From positions 47,740,001-47,804,000 of the forward strand of contig OZ024750.1 in the NCBI GenBank assembly GCA_964016885.1: DNA of 64,000 nt, in the 5' to 3' direction. The position numbers and the translations under genes were made by a program. Shown piece after piece: positions 42,680-57,549 of the stretch. Each line of letters opens with the position of its first letter. Position 1 is the first letter of the stretch. The DNA comes from Eledone cirrhosa. Lineage: Eukaryota. Below the pieces are notes generated by a model, which saw only the letters and a list, made by a program, of their open reading frames with translations, was not told the DNA's origin and did not search any database.

Positions 42680-42910
42680 AAAGTTTTATTTAAAATTGTT
42701 GGGTTACAACGAGTAAATATTTTATAACTGATATAAAGCACTCAACAAGTTTTGGAGTAGATATACGATATTAAACAAATGGAAACTATATTTATAAAAC
42801 CATATTTATTTCATTATACATATTTCAGGGATACCATATTAAAAATATGGCATGCCTTCTTCAGATAAAATACAATATATAAGCAGTTTTATAAATAAAT
42901 TTGACGTAAC
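42676..42910 (-). mobile_element. PLE-type terminal fragment with an HHR motif (family of 45460-45875)
   Basis: Minus strand reads CTGAAGA-AGGCATGCCATA..TATGGTATCCCT-GAAATATGTA at ~42817-42864; the element end abuts (TA)n. Confidence 0.65.
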
Positions 42911-43045
42911 ATAAATATTGTTCAACTTCCATTTAAAAAAGTGGTTTGGTAGTGAAATGTTTGTAAATATTTAGTGTTAAGCACAGTTAAAATATATACA
43001 TATAGAAAAGACAATTTCGCTCTACATGGCTGAATACAATAAATG

Positions 43046-43246
43046 TATTCTGAGTTTTTCGAATATTCATAATAACATTTAATTCGTTTGTAATTATGCA
43101 AACAAGCCTCAATGTTATAGCCATGTCAGTAGAATGAACTCTTCATTATTTCTCTTGTGTTGGCATGCGAACAGTTCTATTGAGGCGTGTTTACATAATT
43201 ACAAACGAATCGAGTGTTATTATTAATATTCGGAAAACTCAGATTA

Positions 43247-43250
<4 letters not shown>
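43046..43250. repeat. Inverted repeat (arms ~43046-43113 and ~43179-43250) ending in (TA)n; family copy at ~63890-63955
   Basis: CTGAGTTTTTCGAATATT..GCCTCAAT versus ATTGAGGC..AATATTCGGAAAACTCAG. Confidence 0.8.
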
Positions 43251-43330
<80 letters not shown>

Positions 43331-44499
43331 TATATATATATATATGCATATGTATATATACAGAGGTTAACAGTAAATTAGATTCTTAGAATATGTAGGA
43401 ATCTCGAAGGCAGGAAATAATTATAACTACAGTCTATTTACTCAATAGAATTCACACAATGAACGCAACCACAAGGTAAAGGTCCGAACCTGGAAGAGCC
43501 GAATTCCCACAGTCAACGCCTCCATCTCTCTCTCCCTCCCCATGTCTCTGTATGGTGAGAAAATGGGGTCCCATGTACTGGCTCTCCACAGCCCTGACGG
43601 ACAGAATGGAGAAAACGTTTCCTCGGAGGATGGTGGGGAGATGCGCTGGAAAAGCCGTTCCAATTCGCAAGTTGGTCAGTTGGTAAGTTGGTATTACTTA
43701 ACATTCTACCTACCTCACTTTAATTAGTGAAAAGGTACAAATGTTGAGTTCGTTAGCACCAGTAAACTTGCATTCGATCTAATGCAAAATGTATCTTCAA
43801 ACACGTTGAGATACAAAACAGCAGTCATATGAATATTATGTAATTTGTGAAATGATGAAGCAATTTAAATGTGACTGAAATAATTGTGATAATCAGTTTT
43901 AATAAAATGTCCAAAGTTTCTAATAACAGAGGAATGTTGCATTAGTGGACATAGAAACATTTAGTTCCTGGTGTAAAACATACTGGAGGAAGAGTTTTAA
44001 TGTTGTATTAGTGGACATACAAAGATTTAGTTCCTGTAACAAATCTTTTTTTATAATTTTAACACATTATCTCTTGCATTTAAACTATGTCTATCTGGGA
44101 TAATCTGTTAAGATTACATCTATCTAAAGTCTTTTTATAGCAGTTACATATTGTTGAACGGTATAAACTCAATGAAAACCGTCTATTCCAGCAGGATTTA
44201 CTAAAATACTCCAGTTAGTAAACAATATATCTAACAGGTTGTGAATCGAGGGCTACATTAATATTGAATAATCTGATCACTGCATGTATGGACTGATCAG
44301 CGACGAACAAGGGTCTGGGGTAATGCAAATGACACTTCTATATAGTTCACCCATTCTACCATATTATATAAACTGTACAAAAATAATCCCCAACAAAAAT
44401 AATATTATTACAGAAATGTATAATTTAAATTCGGCGGCGATTTTATATATATATACATCCATCCATACACCAATACATATACACGTACATACATATTAT

Positions 44500-45115
44500 G
44501 TGGCTGCCAACTCGTTTTCGAGTACGGCCACTACTTTATATACATGTAGGAAAACCCCTACCGATGCGCTGAACGAGTGTGACTTTTGAGTCCAGCCATT
44601 GACTTGAAAACTCTGGTACAAACACTACACCTGTGACAATCATTGACACATAGTACTGGGCCCATGGTACCATGTGACGACAAGTGCAGAGAGATCTCCA
44701 GATATAAAGCAATGCCTGTGCCGTGAAGCTTTTATAGTGAGCAAAGGCACTGCACAAAGCCAGTCCCACTCTCTTAACCAAGATGATATTTACCAAAAAG
44801 AAGAACAAGTCAACATCATTGGATACCATCAGGGTTGCAGGTGTTATATCAGAGTTTTCCTTCTCCTAGAATTCTGCCTTGACAAAGGGTAAGGGGTCAT
44901 CTCTCCCGGTGATTTTGGATGGCCATTGACTCTTAAGAGCTCCTTTGCCCTTTGACAGGTTTTGTTTTTAGTCCTACAGGATGTTCAAAGTCACCCTCCT
45001 CACCAATACACATTGGTGGGGTTGCCAGTTTAGTCGCCAACGACCCGACCATGAAACAGGTTGTACTGGGATACATGTTATCAGTAGCACCAACTGGTAA
45101 CCTGACATATCATAT
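44500..45115 (-). mobile_element. Non-autonomous RTE-related element, colinear copy
   Basis: Second copy at 22122-22677; contains the CTAGGAGAAGGAAAACTCTGA motif; adjoins (CATA)n at 45118-45201. Confidence 0.7.
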
Positions 45116-45459
45116 GACATACATACATACATACATACATACATACATACATACATACATACATACATACATACATACATACATACATACATACATACAT
45201 ACCGACAGAAGGACGGACAGATGGACAGTAATATGGAAGTGAAATGAATTTATAAACATATGTATTGGTAATATTGGAAAATTGTACGCGTACAACTGTA
45301 TAAGTATGTATGTATATATAATGCGACGAGTGTGTTTGACTCTAATGAACTCAAGTGTTTTTATCTTATATATATATATATATATATACACATGTGTGCG
45401 CGCGCGTGTGTGTGTGTGTATATATACATATATACATATATTGTATATATATATATGTA

Positions 45460-45875
45460 TACGATATTAATAAATGGAAACTATATTTATAAAACCATAT
45501 TTATTTCATTATACATATTTCAGGGATACCAAATTAAATTATGGTATGCCTTCATCAGACAAAATACAATATATAACAGTTTAAACAATTAAGCTTTGAC
45601 GTACCCTATTAAAATGCAACCATTGTTTTTGGAAGTCATTCGGATAGCTTATTCGTAAAACTGCTATATATCGTATTTTGTCTGATGAAGGCATACCATA
45701 ATTTAATTTAATTCGGTATCCCTGAAATATGTATAATGAAGTAAATATGGTTTTATAAATATAGTTTCCATTTATTAATATCGTATAGCTACTCCAAATA
45801 CTTGTCGAGTGCTTTATATCAGTTATAAAAAATATTTACTTGTTGTATCCGAACAATTTTAAATAGAACTTTTGC
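45460..45875 (+). mobile_element. Fold-back PLE-type element with an HHR motif in both arms
   Basis: 45460-45575 is the inverse of 45665-45785. CTGATGA (45682)-AGGCATACC..GGTATCCCT-GAAATATGTA. Ends in (TA)n. Confidence 0.75.
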
Positions 45876-45912
45876 ATATATATATATATATATATCTATA
45901 TATCTATATATC

Positions 45913-45946
<34 letters not shown>

Positions 45947-45964
45947 TATATATCTATATATATC

Positions 45965-46075
<111 letters not shown>

Positions 46076-46460
46076 TAAGAATAATGAGTTCTAAACTCAA
46101 GCAGTCCTTTACAATGAAATAGCTCAAAGAAAGAAGTATTTCTGAGCCGTGTAATACAAGTTAATATAAATTAATATATATGATAAAACTTGTATATATA
46201 TATATATATATATATATAGATATGACCCCAATAAATCGTAACTTAAACCTTATAATCACTATAGCGGATCTCCAATTAACCTATTTTCCATATATTCCTA
46301 TTTTACACAGACACTTGCATACGCAAACACAAGCATACATATGGACACATACCAACATACTTTCTCTCTCTCTGTCTGTCCCTTCTCATCTTCTTCCCCT
46401 CTCACTCTCCCTTTCTCACTATATATATATAAATATCATATATATATATATATATATATA

Positions 46461-47000
46461 TTAATAAAAGGAATTCCAACTTTGTCTGATTTACTCGTTT
46501 TATTTACAATCTGTAAAACTTATAATGGCTTAACAACAAACATCAATCGTTCACTGTATCTAAATGCAATGATAGTCGATGTGGCACATGTCAATCCTAC
46601 ACGCCGGTCAATATATGAAAACAAAAACTGGAAAGATATTCCCAAATGTTAATATGAACTGCAAAAGCAGAAATCTAATTTACTGCATTAAATGCCCGAA
46701 TTGTGAAGAACTATATGTCGGTCAATCTGGAAATGCACTAGCGGAACGTGCACGGATACACCGACAGCAAATCAGACACCCACATTTCCGTCAGATACCC
46801 CTAAGTAACCATCTAGCAAGATGTGGTCAGGGAATATTTATAATATTCCCATTCTACAAATTACACAGCTAAGTGAAATCAAGAGAAAAATCAAAGAAAA
46901 GAATGTTATTGATAAATTCAAACCCAAGCTAAATGAACAATAATAATGTGATATAAATCCTACGATGACTATGACTACGACCAATAACAACAACAACAAC

Positions 47001-47037
<37 letters not shown>

Positions 47038-47484
47038 GTGATGTTGATGGTGATAATTACTAGAACATGCTATTTTCATCATTTCTAAAAATAGCAAAAC
47101 AATTGATGCTTTTGATAGGGTCAATTGGTAATCGTTAGACATGCTCAACCAACCGACACGCCTAAACCAATCCGCTTTAGTAATCCAGTGAAACTACACA
47201 CCGATTGGTCGAAATACAGTTTGCAAGATTTAGCATTCTGGACCCACTTTTCACTGTATATCAGGGACAACATTTACCCATCTCATTACAGTTGAAAATT
47301 GCAAACTTGACTGTCACCACACATTATGAACCTGAAGATTGCGAAAGCATGAAAGTACTTCTTCAATTAGCACTTAACATTTAATATTCTACCATACTAT
47401 TTCATTCTAATACCATCGTAAATGTTAAAGGATTGTAAATAAAACGAGTAAATCAGACAACGTTGGTATTTCTTTTATTAATAT
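46461..47484 (+). mobile_element. 5'-truncated Penelope-like element (Neptune-like GIY-YIG) with a ~50-bp inverted terminal duplication
   Basis: KCNDSRCGTC linker; NCKSRNLIYCIKCPNCEELYVGQSG...R..HR; FPFYKL; FKPKLN. 46461-46511 is the inverse of 47431-47481. Confidence 0.9.
47326..47365 (+). ncRNA. Minimal hammerhead ribozyme in the PLE 3' region
   Basis: TGAAC-CTGAAGA-TTGC-GAAA-GCAT-GAAAGTACT-T|CTTCA; palindromic stem III AGTACT. Confidence 0.65.
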
Positions 47485-47522
47485 AATCTTCTATACACAC
47501 TCATACACACCCGTGTATATTT

Positions 47523-47604
<82 letters not shown>

Positions 47605-47963
47605 GAAGTTGCATGTATGTAAATTAAATAATACTGAAAATATGTGCAGGCCACAAAATCGTTCTATTGTAAGTGTGTATATATTTACTTGTTATATTCC
47701 GTTGTCTGTGTATAATTTCGGGGTCGATGAAATGAAGTACCAGTAATGTACTAGGTAATTGCTGGCCTCGTTTCTAAAGTAGAACTAATTATTACGACGA
47801 ATAATACTCCATTTATAATGAGTCTTCTGGTGTGGCTGCAAAGATGTTCGTGAGACGGTTGTTAGTAGGAAGGCATAGCAATAGATTGCACCGATATTTC
47901 TTGATAGTAATACAATGAAAACAACAGAGAAATACAATCCAATTCCAATAAAGGAAATTAAAC

Positions 47964-47994
<31 letters not shown>

Positions 47995-48079
47995 GAGGTA
48001 AGTTTTATTGTAGTACAATAAAGCAATGCAGATATCGGATAAGAAGCACTCTACTGTTTGTAGGACTGGAGTATAAATA

Positions 48080-48312
48080 ATATATAAGATCAAAAGATGG
48101 TTAAAAGAGTTCCATGTATTTTATTATGCGCATTTCAAAATAATATGTTGATTTAAAACTTAACTATTCACAATTGTGTTTTAACCTTCATATCATGTCA
48201 CACTATTTGATCTGACGAAAACGCAAATGTTATTGCATGATGATATTTGCTTTTGAAATGCGCATAATAAAATACAAGGATCTCTTTTAAACATCTTTTG
48301 ATCTCATATATT
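48080..48312 (+). ncRNA. Fold-back mini-element containing an intact-looking hammerhead (48205-48273)
   Basis: ATTTGAT-CTGACGA-AAACGCAAATGTTA..TGATATTTGCTTTT-GAAA-TGCGCA-TA|ATAAAAT. 48080-48140 is the inverse of 48251-48312. Confidence 0.72.
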
Positions 48313-48315
48313 ATA

Positions 48316-48355
<40 letters not shown>

Positions 48356-48794
48356 AAACACAATATAGATAAGAATTAATTAATTAATTGTAGAAGAACA
48401 TAGGTATGTGTATGGCCGCAGTCTAATATGTGTAAGCAGAACAAAAAAGTAGTGTTAGAATATATAAATGATCATACAAAGAACATGTATATGATATAAA
48501 ACGAATAGGTTTTTTAACTGTGCTGATATACACTCTTTGACCAAACAATAGATAGTTAAGATATCTCAGTGTGTCAGTGTTTCTTAGTGATTGACTGTTG
48601 TCGTGGGATGGGAGAAAAACGAGAGTTGATAATGAAGACTAGAAATGAGGTAGGAATAAGGGGAGGGAAATTATAAAGGAATAGGAAGGAAGGTAATGTG
48701 AGTGAGAGAAAAAAAGGAAGAGAATTCAAGATAGAGAGAGATTGAATGAAGAAATAATATAAGTATGTGTGTATATATATACATTATATATATA

Positions 48795-49007
<213 letters not shown>

Positions 49008-49294
49008 GTATGTATATATATATATATTTATATATGTATATATATATTTATATATGTATATATATATATATATAATTAAGTTAGAAATGTACATCCACAT
49101 ATGTATACTGAAATACTAGTATGCATATGAATACACACACGTGTACATATGTAGATGTACCGAGTTTTTCACTGGACACTTTACTGTGAGTGTCCAGCTA
49201 TTCTGTATGTAAACACACAGACAAACCGGTTTTTAGAGTCATACTGGTTTTCAAGGAAACACCTTTCCTCTATTCTCCAGAAAGCCAGACAAGG

Positions 49295-49339
49295 AATATT
49301 GGACTAGTTTCGATGTTGTTACATCTCATCAGCAATATT
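49295..49339 (-). ncRNA. Canonical minimal type I hammerhead ribozyme
   Basis: AATATTG-CTGATGA-GATGT-AACA-ACATC-GAAA-CTAG-TC|CAATATT: 7-bp stem I, 5-bp stem II, palindromic ACTAGT stem III, GUC cleavage triplet. Confidence 0.88.
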
Positions 49340-49760
49340 TACCTATCTTCCGGCCTTTCTAGAGAATCGTAAAAGCACATATCGTTATATGCTTTTTCTA
49401 TGAAAATTAGTAGTGGGCAGACTAATTTGCATAGAGCGTGAGTACGTACCGGTTCAGCGGAGACGATAAAAACAAATAACGAAACGAAATTAAATTTCGT
49501 TTCGTTTGTAACTCACTTTTGTATGACTGACGCTTAAATAATTAAGTTAGAAATGTACATCCACATATGTATACTGAAATACTAGTATGCATATGAATAC
49601 ACACACGTGTACATATGTAGATGTACCGAGTTTTTCACTGGACACTTTACTGTGAGTGTCCAGCTATTCTGTATGTAAACACACAGACAAACCGGTTTTT
49701 AGAGTCATACTGGTTTTCGAGGAAACACCTTTGCTCTATTCTCCAGAAAGCCAGACAAGG

Positions 49761-49805
49761 AATATTGGACTAGTTTCGATGTTGTTACATCTCATCAGCG
49801 AAATT
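49761..49805 (-). ncRNA. Second tandem copy of the hammerhead
   Basis: Core and stems II and III are identical to the first copy; the 5' strand of stem I has two substitutions. Confidence 0.8.
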
Positions 49806-50044
49806 TACCTATCTTCCGGCCTTTCTAGAGAATCGTAAAAGCATACAGAATAGCTGGACACTCACAGTAAAGTGTCCAGTGAAAAACTCGGTACATCTAC
49901 ATATGTACACGTGTGTGTATTCATATGCATACTAGTATTTCAGTATACATATGTGGATGTACATTTCTAACTTAATTGTTTAAGCGTCAGTCATACAAAA
50001 GTGAGTTACAAACGAAACGAAATTTAATTTCGTTTCGTTATTTG

Positions 50045-50094
<50 letters not shown>

Positions 50095-50141
50095 ATTATG
50101 TGTATATAATATATATATATAATAGTTTTAATATAGATTTG

Positions 50142-50229
50142 ATTCTACAGGACTAGAACTGTTTCATTCTTTAGAAATCATCATTCCTGATGATTTCTAA
50201 AGAATGAAACAGTTATAGTCCTGTAGAAT
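50142..50229 (+). repeat. 88-bp palindrome built from an HHR-bearing terminus (related piece at ~60620-60662)
   Basis: The right arm reads CTGATGA (50187)-TTTC-TAAA-GAAT-GAAACAGTTA; the left arm is its reverse complement. Confidence 0.8.
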
Positions 50230-50311
50230 ATCATATATATAAAAACGTTTATACTCTGTATGTATTGAGTACATTACTAACTGTAGTTACCTCCGATTCA
50301 ACCCGGTATAA

Positions 50312-50413
<102 letters not shown>

Positions 50414-50421
50414 TATATATG

Positions 50422-50471
<50 letters not shown>

Positions 50472-50479
50472 TATATATG

Positions 50480-50533
<54 letters not shown>

Positions 50534-50544
50534 TATATATGTAA

Positions 50545-50621
<77 letters not shown>

Positions 50622-50626
50622 GTAAG

Positions 50627-50657
<31 letters not shown>

Positions 50658-50672
50658 CTACCTCTTACTCTC

Positions 50673-51690
<1,018 letters not shown>

Positions 51691-54600
51691 GGGCGGCGCA
51701 GGTATTAGAAAATCTAATATATATTAACTTGCTCAGGTTGTCGAGAACAATACATAGGCCAGACCAAATACAGCCTCCGCCAACGCATGGCTGTCCATAG
51801 TTCCCAAATTAAAATACGGAAATACAGGAAAATACCACTGATTGAACACATTCCGGCAAACTTGTATTTACTTTAATCCGCGGCCGTCCTTGTCATTATG
51901 GGATCTGCATATAAATGACATCAACAACGATAAACAACGGAATATACATATTCGGGATTGCACCTGTCTCTTTTATACGTATTTGAAGAGTTTGAGGTGT
52001 GTGTAATCATGAGATTACATATTAATCTTCGTTTTCTTATTATTGTTACTTTCACCATTTCTTTCTTTTATGTATAATTTCCGCGATTTCAGTTTCCCCC
52101 AATATTACATTCAACACCGTCGATATTCAACATTACAAGAAACATTTAAACACGTTAAATGATGTAATAAACTACGTGTGACTGAATACACCACTTCCTT
52201 GTTTGACTAGTATAAATAACAACTAATTTTGAATTACAGGTACAACATTGGACTTCCTGTGAGGGAATGTCATACCTGCTGGAAGGCATACATACTCAGG
52301 TCTGAACATTGATCATTTGCTCCTATTTAAGAGAAAGGTATACACAAGGATTGGCAAAGAGATTTACTGGAAGAATCGGCTCTAGTATATTTGTTTATCA
52401 CCTGCAAAATGATGAATAGCAAAGTTGCAGTGGCGGGATTTGAAAACATAAAGTTAATTACTTACATTAATATATATTATGTATGGAATAATTAATTATG
52501 TTCTCCCCGCAATGTTTTGCAATTCATCATGCTATAGATCTCCAATATTTTCCGGAGTGGGTACGTTTTAAACAATGTATTCATTAAACAAGTACTGTTC
52601 CTTATTTGGAATCGAGCTGGGGGCGTGATTAATTATCAATGTACACGGCTATCCTCCTATAAAATGGATTATCTATGGATCCTTTTATAGGGCAATTAAG
52701 ATGATTGCTAGCGCGTGTGGGGAACATTTAGTAAATATATATATATATTTTTTTGTTACAATAATTAAGTATAATGTCATATAAAAATACGAAACTTGTA
52801 ACAAATTATTTTATCTTCCATTTTAATTTAGACCACTAATTATTACTCGGCTTTAATCAAACGATGCAAATTAAACGTCAGAAATTTAACAAATGCAGTT
52901 AAAGGTAGATTAAATACCTGAGTACAGAATTATTTATTAACCGTACCTAATTTTAACAAACTACATTATCTTCTAATTACACATCCATTAATGAGGTATT
53001 TAATCTAGAATATAACCTTAATTGAAAATAAAGCACAATAGACAAACATGCGTGTAAAAATATGACCGAGAAGTTTTAACTTTCTAGGTGTAAAGATATG
53101 ATCAGCAGAAAAGTAATCGTCCATTGAAACTTTCTGTATTTCTCATTACATGTAATCATTTATTGTTTTGACATTTCTTTCCATTTAACTTTGAGTTGCG
53201 TAGCTTAGTGTTTTGTCAGTTTGGTCCACGGTTGAACATTTGATAATTGGTGGAGCTTTATGTCACCTTCAGCAATAATACAAAGGGTCAGCCGTGTGAC
53301 ATATTTCTCACGCCGCTGAACCTGCTTGAGATATAACTTAAGTGCACCAATGCCTGTATAATGCTCAGTCACTTATATGTTAATTTCATCATCATGATGT
53401 TCCGCTCAACAAACAACTAAAACACGCAACGGTTTAGATGTTGTAAGATGATTGTACATTAAAGCCTTCCGATATTTAGATTTGTCCCTTAACTGTCCAA
53501 TTTTCCATAGGAGGTTTTTCCTTTATATCTATCGACGTTAGATAAAATAACAGTGCAATATCAATGTGATCCTGTCTCTTGAAAACATTGAAGTCGGATA
53601 TCTTGTGAGGATCTTAGCTCATTGGTCATCCCAGTTTTGAAAACCAATAGGAACGATTAATTAAATCCAGACAACAATACGGAGTGCAATAAAATAAGTA
53701 AAACGTATCCTAGTGGCATGACGGTGCAAAATATTGGGGGCATTAACACAGCGGTGTTTGTGCCCTCTCACTGATTCCCGAGTTCGAACCACACCGAGAA
53801 AAAAATCAGACTTTCCTAATTTCGATGGCGATAAATAAATTCTCGTCAGTAATAAGATTTATCTGTTCTCCCTCGCATTCTATCTCTCAATCGTTCTTTA
53901 TCTCATTGTTGGTCTCCTTTTCTATCAGCTATGTTCAAATCTGGAGTAGAATGGGCTCCACCAAATTGTTAAACCCGTTGGAAACGACATGTTGCAGGAC
54001 ACGCGCCTCTATGAATAATTTAATGTCGTCTACATTATCAGAACAGGTTTGTGTTGAAAATATATTTACAGGTACAAATGTTGTTGAAATGTACTAATTG
54101 CAATTCGTTATTACACCAGTTTGATCTTGGTAATTACACAATGATTGTTACGTAACAAATAATTATTAAAGACAACCAATTAAGATTATATGAGCCCAAT
54201 ATTTGCGGAAAATATTTATTTGAAAATTAAAGTAGACAGAGAATCGAAAACAAAATCCATTATACTTTGATCAGAACGAAAAAGGATGGTTTTATTGTTG
54301 GAGATCGATCTATATCGCGGCAGAATCTTCCTGTTCTCTGGCCAACCTGATCGTGAAATGAGCATGTAAGTGGTTGAGGATAACACAAACGCACGTAGTT
54401 TTAACGTAATCCACCAGTAGATTCAGTATGACACAGTGATCATGTGATGATGCAGGGTCTTAGAATTATAAATATCCACATCATTTGAATGAAAGAAAGG
54501 GAAATAAATTATATTGCTTAATGATACAACGCGTCACCGGGAATAGCAGTTATTGCCTTACAATCGAACCACAAATCAACGGAGTAACACGCCAAAGAAG

Positions 54601-55484
54601 AAAATTATTTAATTTATTATTTAATGGCTGCGTATAAAAACAATATATGCATAATATGGGCATGAATCTTGCGTGTGTTTGGACTGTTAGTTTTAGAAGC
54701 TGTGTAGGTTTTGAGCAACAAAGGGTGTTAATTGTTCAAGAAGAAGATATACTGTGGCGTTAAATACTGTATGAGCAAAGCTATTGACACGATGAAACCA
54801 TAAGACATAAAACAAATAATCGAAGCTAACACTAAGGCGGAGCTATTGATTGATAAAACTTCTCCTGTTGTATATCTTGTGACAAATAAGAAACATGCAA
54901 ACATGACAGAAATATCTGGAATACAAACATTCTGTATAAAGCAGGAACGACATCAAATGAAATACATGTATTGTTTGCATTAGGACGTGGATATTGGTTA
55001 GAATTAGTGAATCAGTTTTAGACGTGAAAAGAAAGGGAAAGAAATGATTTGAAGAAAGGTATCATTGAATTTAGATATCTTTGTAGAATTGACAGCATTC
55101 AATATAACCAATTTAGTATTCAGGTAAATCGTGTATAAAGAGAATGGGTTGAATTGAAATTCCACTACATCACTGGGCATTATTTCAAGCCAGTCTGAAG
55201 GATTAGAATCAAAGTCAAACCATAGAGAAATTCAAACTTTAAAGGAATTTCACTAAATATGGCAGTGATTTGGTTATTTCCAGCCCCTTACTGAATGTGT
55301 TATGCATTACACTAATGTAGTGAAATATTTCAATGCAGAAGTATATCAACGACATGTGGAATCAGATCCTGTTATAAATTTGACTACGCGGAATATTTAG
55401 GTTTGAATACACATTCCTGATCAACTTTACAATATTGTAAAATTAGTGAAAAATGAACCATTCTTGAGATCGATCCACAGAAAC

Positions 55485-55720
55485 AATATTTCATAAGCTG
55501 GATAAAATTTGGAAAGCCATTATACAAAAGAAACTCAAACCATCCTGCTTAGAACAACAGTAGAGCCTATCCTTCTCTATAGTTCTGAGACTTGGACATT
55601 CCACTTTCATCTACCGAGTCATTTGAATGGATGTTACATGTCCTTCTGAGAAATGCCCAAAATATTCTTTGGTAGTCCCATCCTACCTTAATCAGATAAT
55701 GTGGATAGTGTTTGCCGCTC
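55485..55720 (+). mobile_element. Old RTE-clade RT fragment
   Basis: KLDKIWK..., LRTTVEPILLYSSETWT, LNGCY. Confidence 0.65.
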
Positions 55721-57480
55721 ACAACTAATAGATTAAGGACGATCGGATACGGATCGAATACGGCAAATCATGTTGAAATATATTGTTTGCCTCATCGAAA
55801 TTCAAACGAGGTAGATGTGTACAAACTATCCTCAAAATTAGCGATATTCTAACGATTCTTCTAGATTAACGACATATAAACTCATCATATGTTATGTAGT
55901 AACTTAAATGCATGCGTTTAAGTAGTTACTAGATAATACGTCACATAATGAGATTCTATGTCTGAACACGAATGAAAATGTGACTATTATATTACAATCT
56001 CTTTACATATGCTATTGCACTTACAATTTATTATTACGGTAGTTCTGAGGGCATGGGATGACAATATGGGTAGAGCGTCCTCTGAACAGCCTTACAGTAA
56101 TTAGCTGCGATGTTCTACGTTGGGAATTCAAGTTTATTGTAGATCTCATTTTTCCGTAGTCGAAAAAATATATTACCAATTATGTATAAGTGTCGTTATA
56201 TAAGACCTTCAATTCTACATACATTTTCGATCTTGTGCCAATATTACAATGAACTTTTGTGGTAGAATTAAAGTAAGGATGGAAAGGAGGGAAATGTAGT
56301 AGCCATGACAATTTCAGAGCAGCCAAGATGCTTGAGAGAGATTGAGTAAAGTGTCCTCAAAACAGACATCATGTTTGAATGATTGCATACTGTAAACAGG
56401 ATTTGGGCTCGGAGCCCACACAGACAGGGTACCACGATTCATCCGATGCGATGCCCTAGATAGGTATTTATTGTTCTCGGATTGATGGAAAGTAATTTTT
56501 ACCTCGGGATAAGGTACATGTAGGACACAACTAGACTGAAATACTAACACAATGTATCTGACAACTGTTTTAATCCACCGTTCAGGACGGTTATATTTTA
56601 TTGAACTAGGAAAGTGTTGGAATTTGAACACAAGACGCACAAACCTAAATGATTACCCCCAGCCATTTCATAAGATACTCTAACGTTCATGTGCTGTGAT
56701 ATACACATCCTGTTCTTCATATTTTGGCGATATTGTAGAATGTATAATCATCATAAAATATTTATTACTAGCAGAAAAAAAATTCTGCTAGTAATAAACA
56801 AGGCGTGTTTTTGTTTTAGATTTTAATTTTCAACTCTTTGCGATTAACCTTTATTAACTCTGTCAGATTTCCTCTTATTTATGTTATCGGTGTTCTCCTG
56901 GTTTTTTATAGCTATTTCCTCAATATTTACCGAAATTATAAGTATTGACAGGTTCTATTAAATCCACGCTATTTTCAAAATTATTGTTTTTTTCTGGTTA
57001 ATCGTTTTGGTACGAAACTACTCGCACCTTGCACCTCCTCGATGATATCAAATAGATTATAATAAATGTTTTTATTTATTTAGTAACATACCAATATATA
57101 GGAGCAAACCTTTTTATGTTACAGACAGAAACTTAATAGTGAAAATGTTAGTTACACACTTCAGTGCATGGTTCTTAGCTAAAGTATTTGAAGACAATTC
57201 GTATTTTCAATGTTTTGCATTTTTTTTAGTATTAGGGGCTTGACTTACTCAACCCTAATACTTGACTGGTATTATATCCTATTGTCCCCGAGATAATAAA
57301 ATAAATAAGAGACATCAGCGGGATTGACACTCATAACAAAAGCGGCAAAGTTTTATGAGAAAAGGCACGTTTAATCATTTGGGCAATTTGATATGTCACT
57401 AAATCTCGTGGTATAATCAGAATCAGAGTGGAGTATCTACAGATTCCTCCTTTGTTCAGCATATATGTTCTCCTTTTCTA

Positions 57481-57549
<69 letters not shown>

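Larger units (their letters stand above)
49072..50050 (-). mobile_element. Retrozyme-like or non-autonomous PLE: 466-bp unit in ~1.65 tandem copies plus a ~205-bp inverted copy, flanked by (TA)n
   Basis: 49075-49377 is repeated at 49541-49843. 49845-50050 is the inverse of ~49467-49673. Confidence 0.85.

Noticed and set aside
43400-43710. GC-richer island with weak TGTAG..CTAC ends (solo LTR or exon?)
   Set aside because: No TSD, no second copy, and no convincing splice or ORF signal.
56761-56798. Hairpin TTTATTACTAGCAGAA..TTCTGCTAGTAATAAA
   Set aside because: An isolated short palindrome with no associated element features; function cannot be supported.
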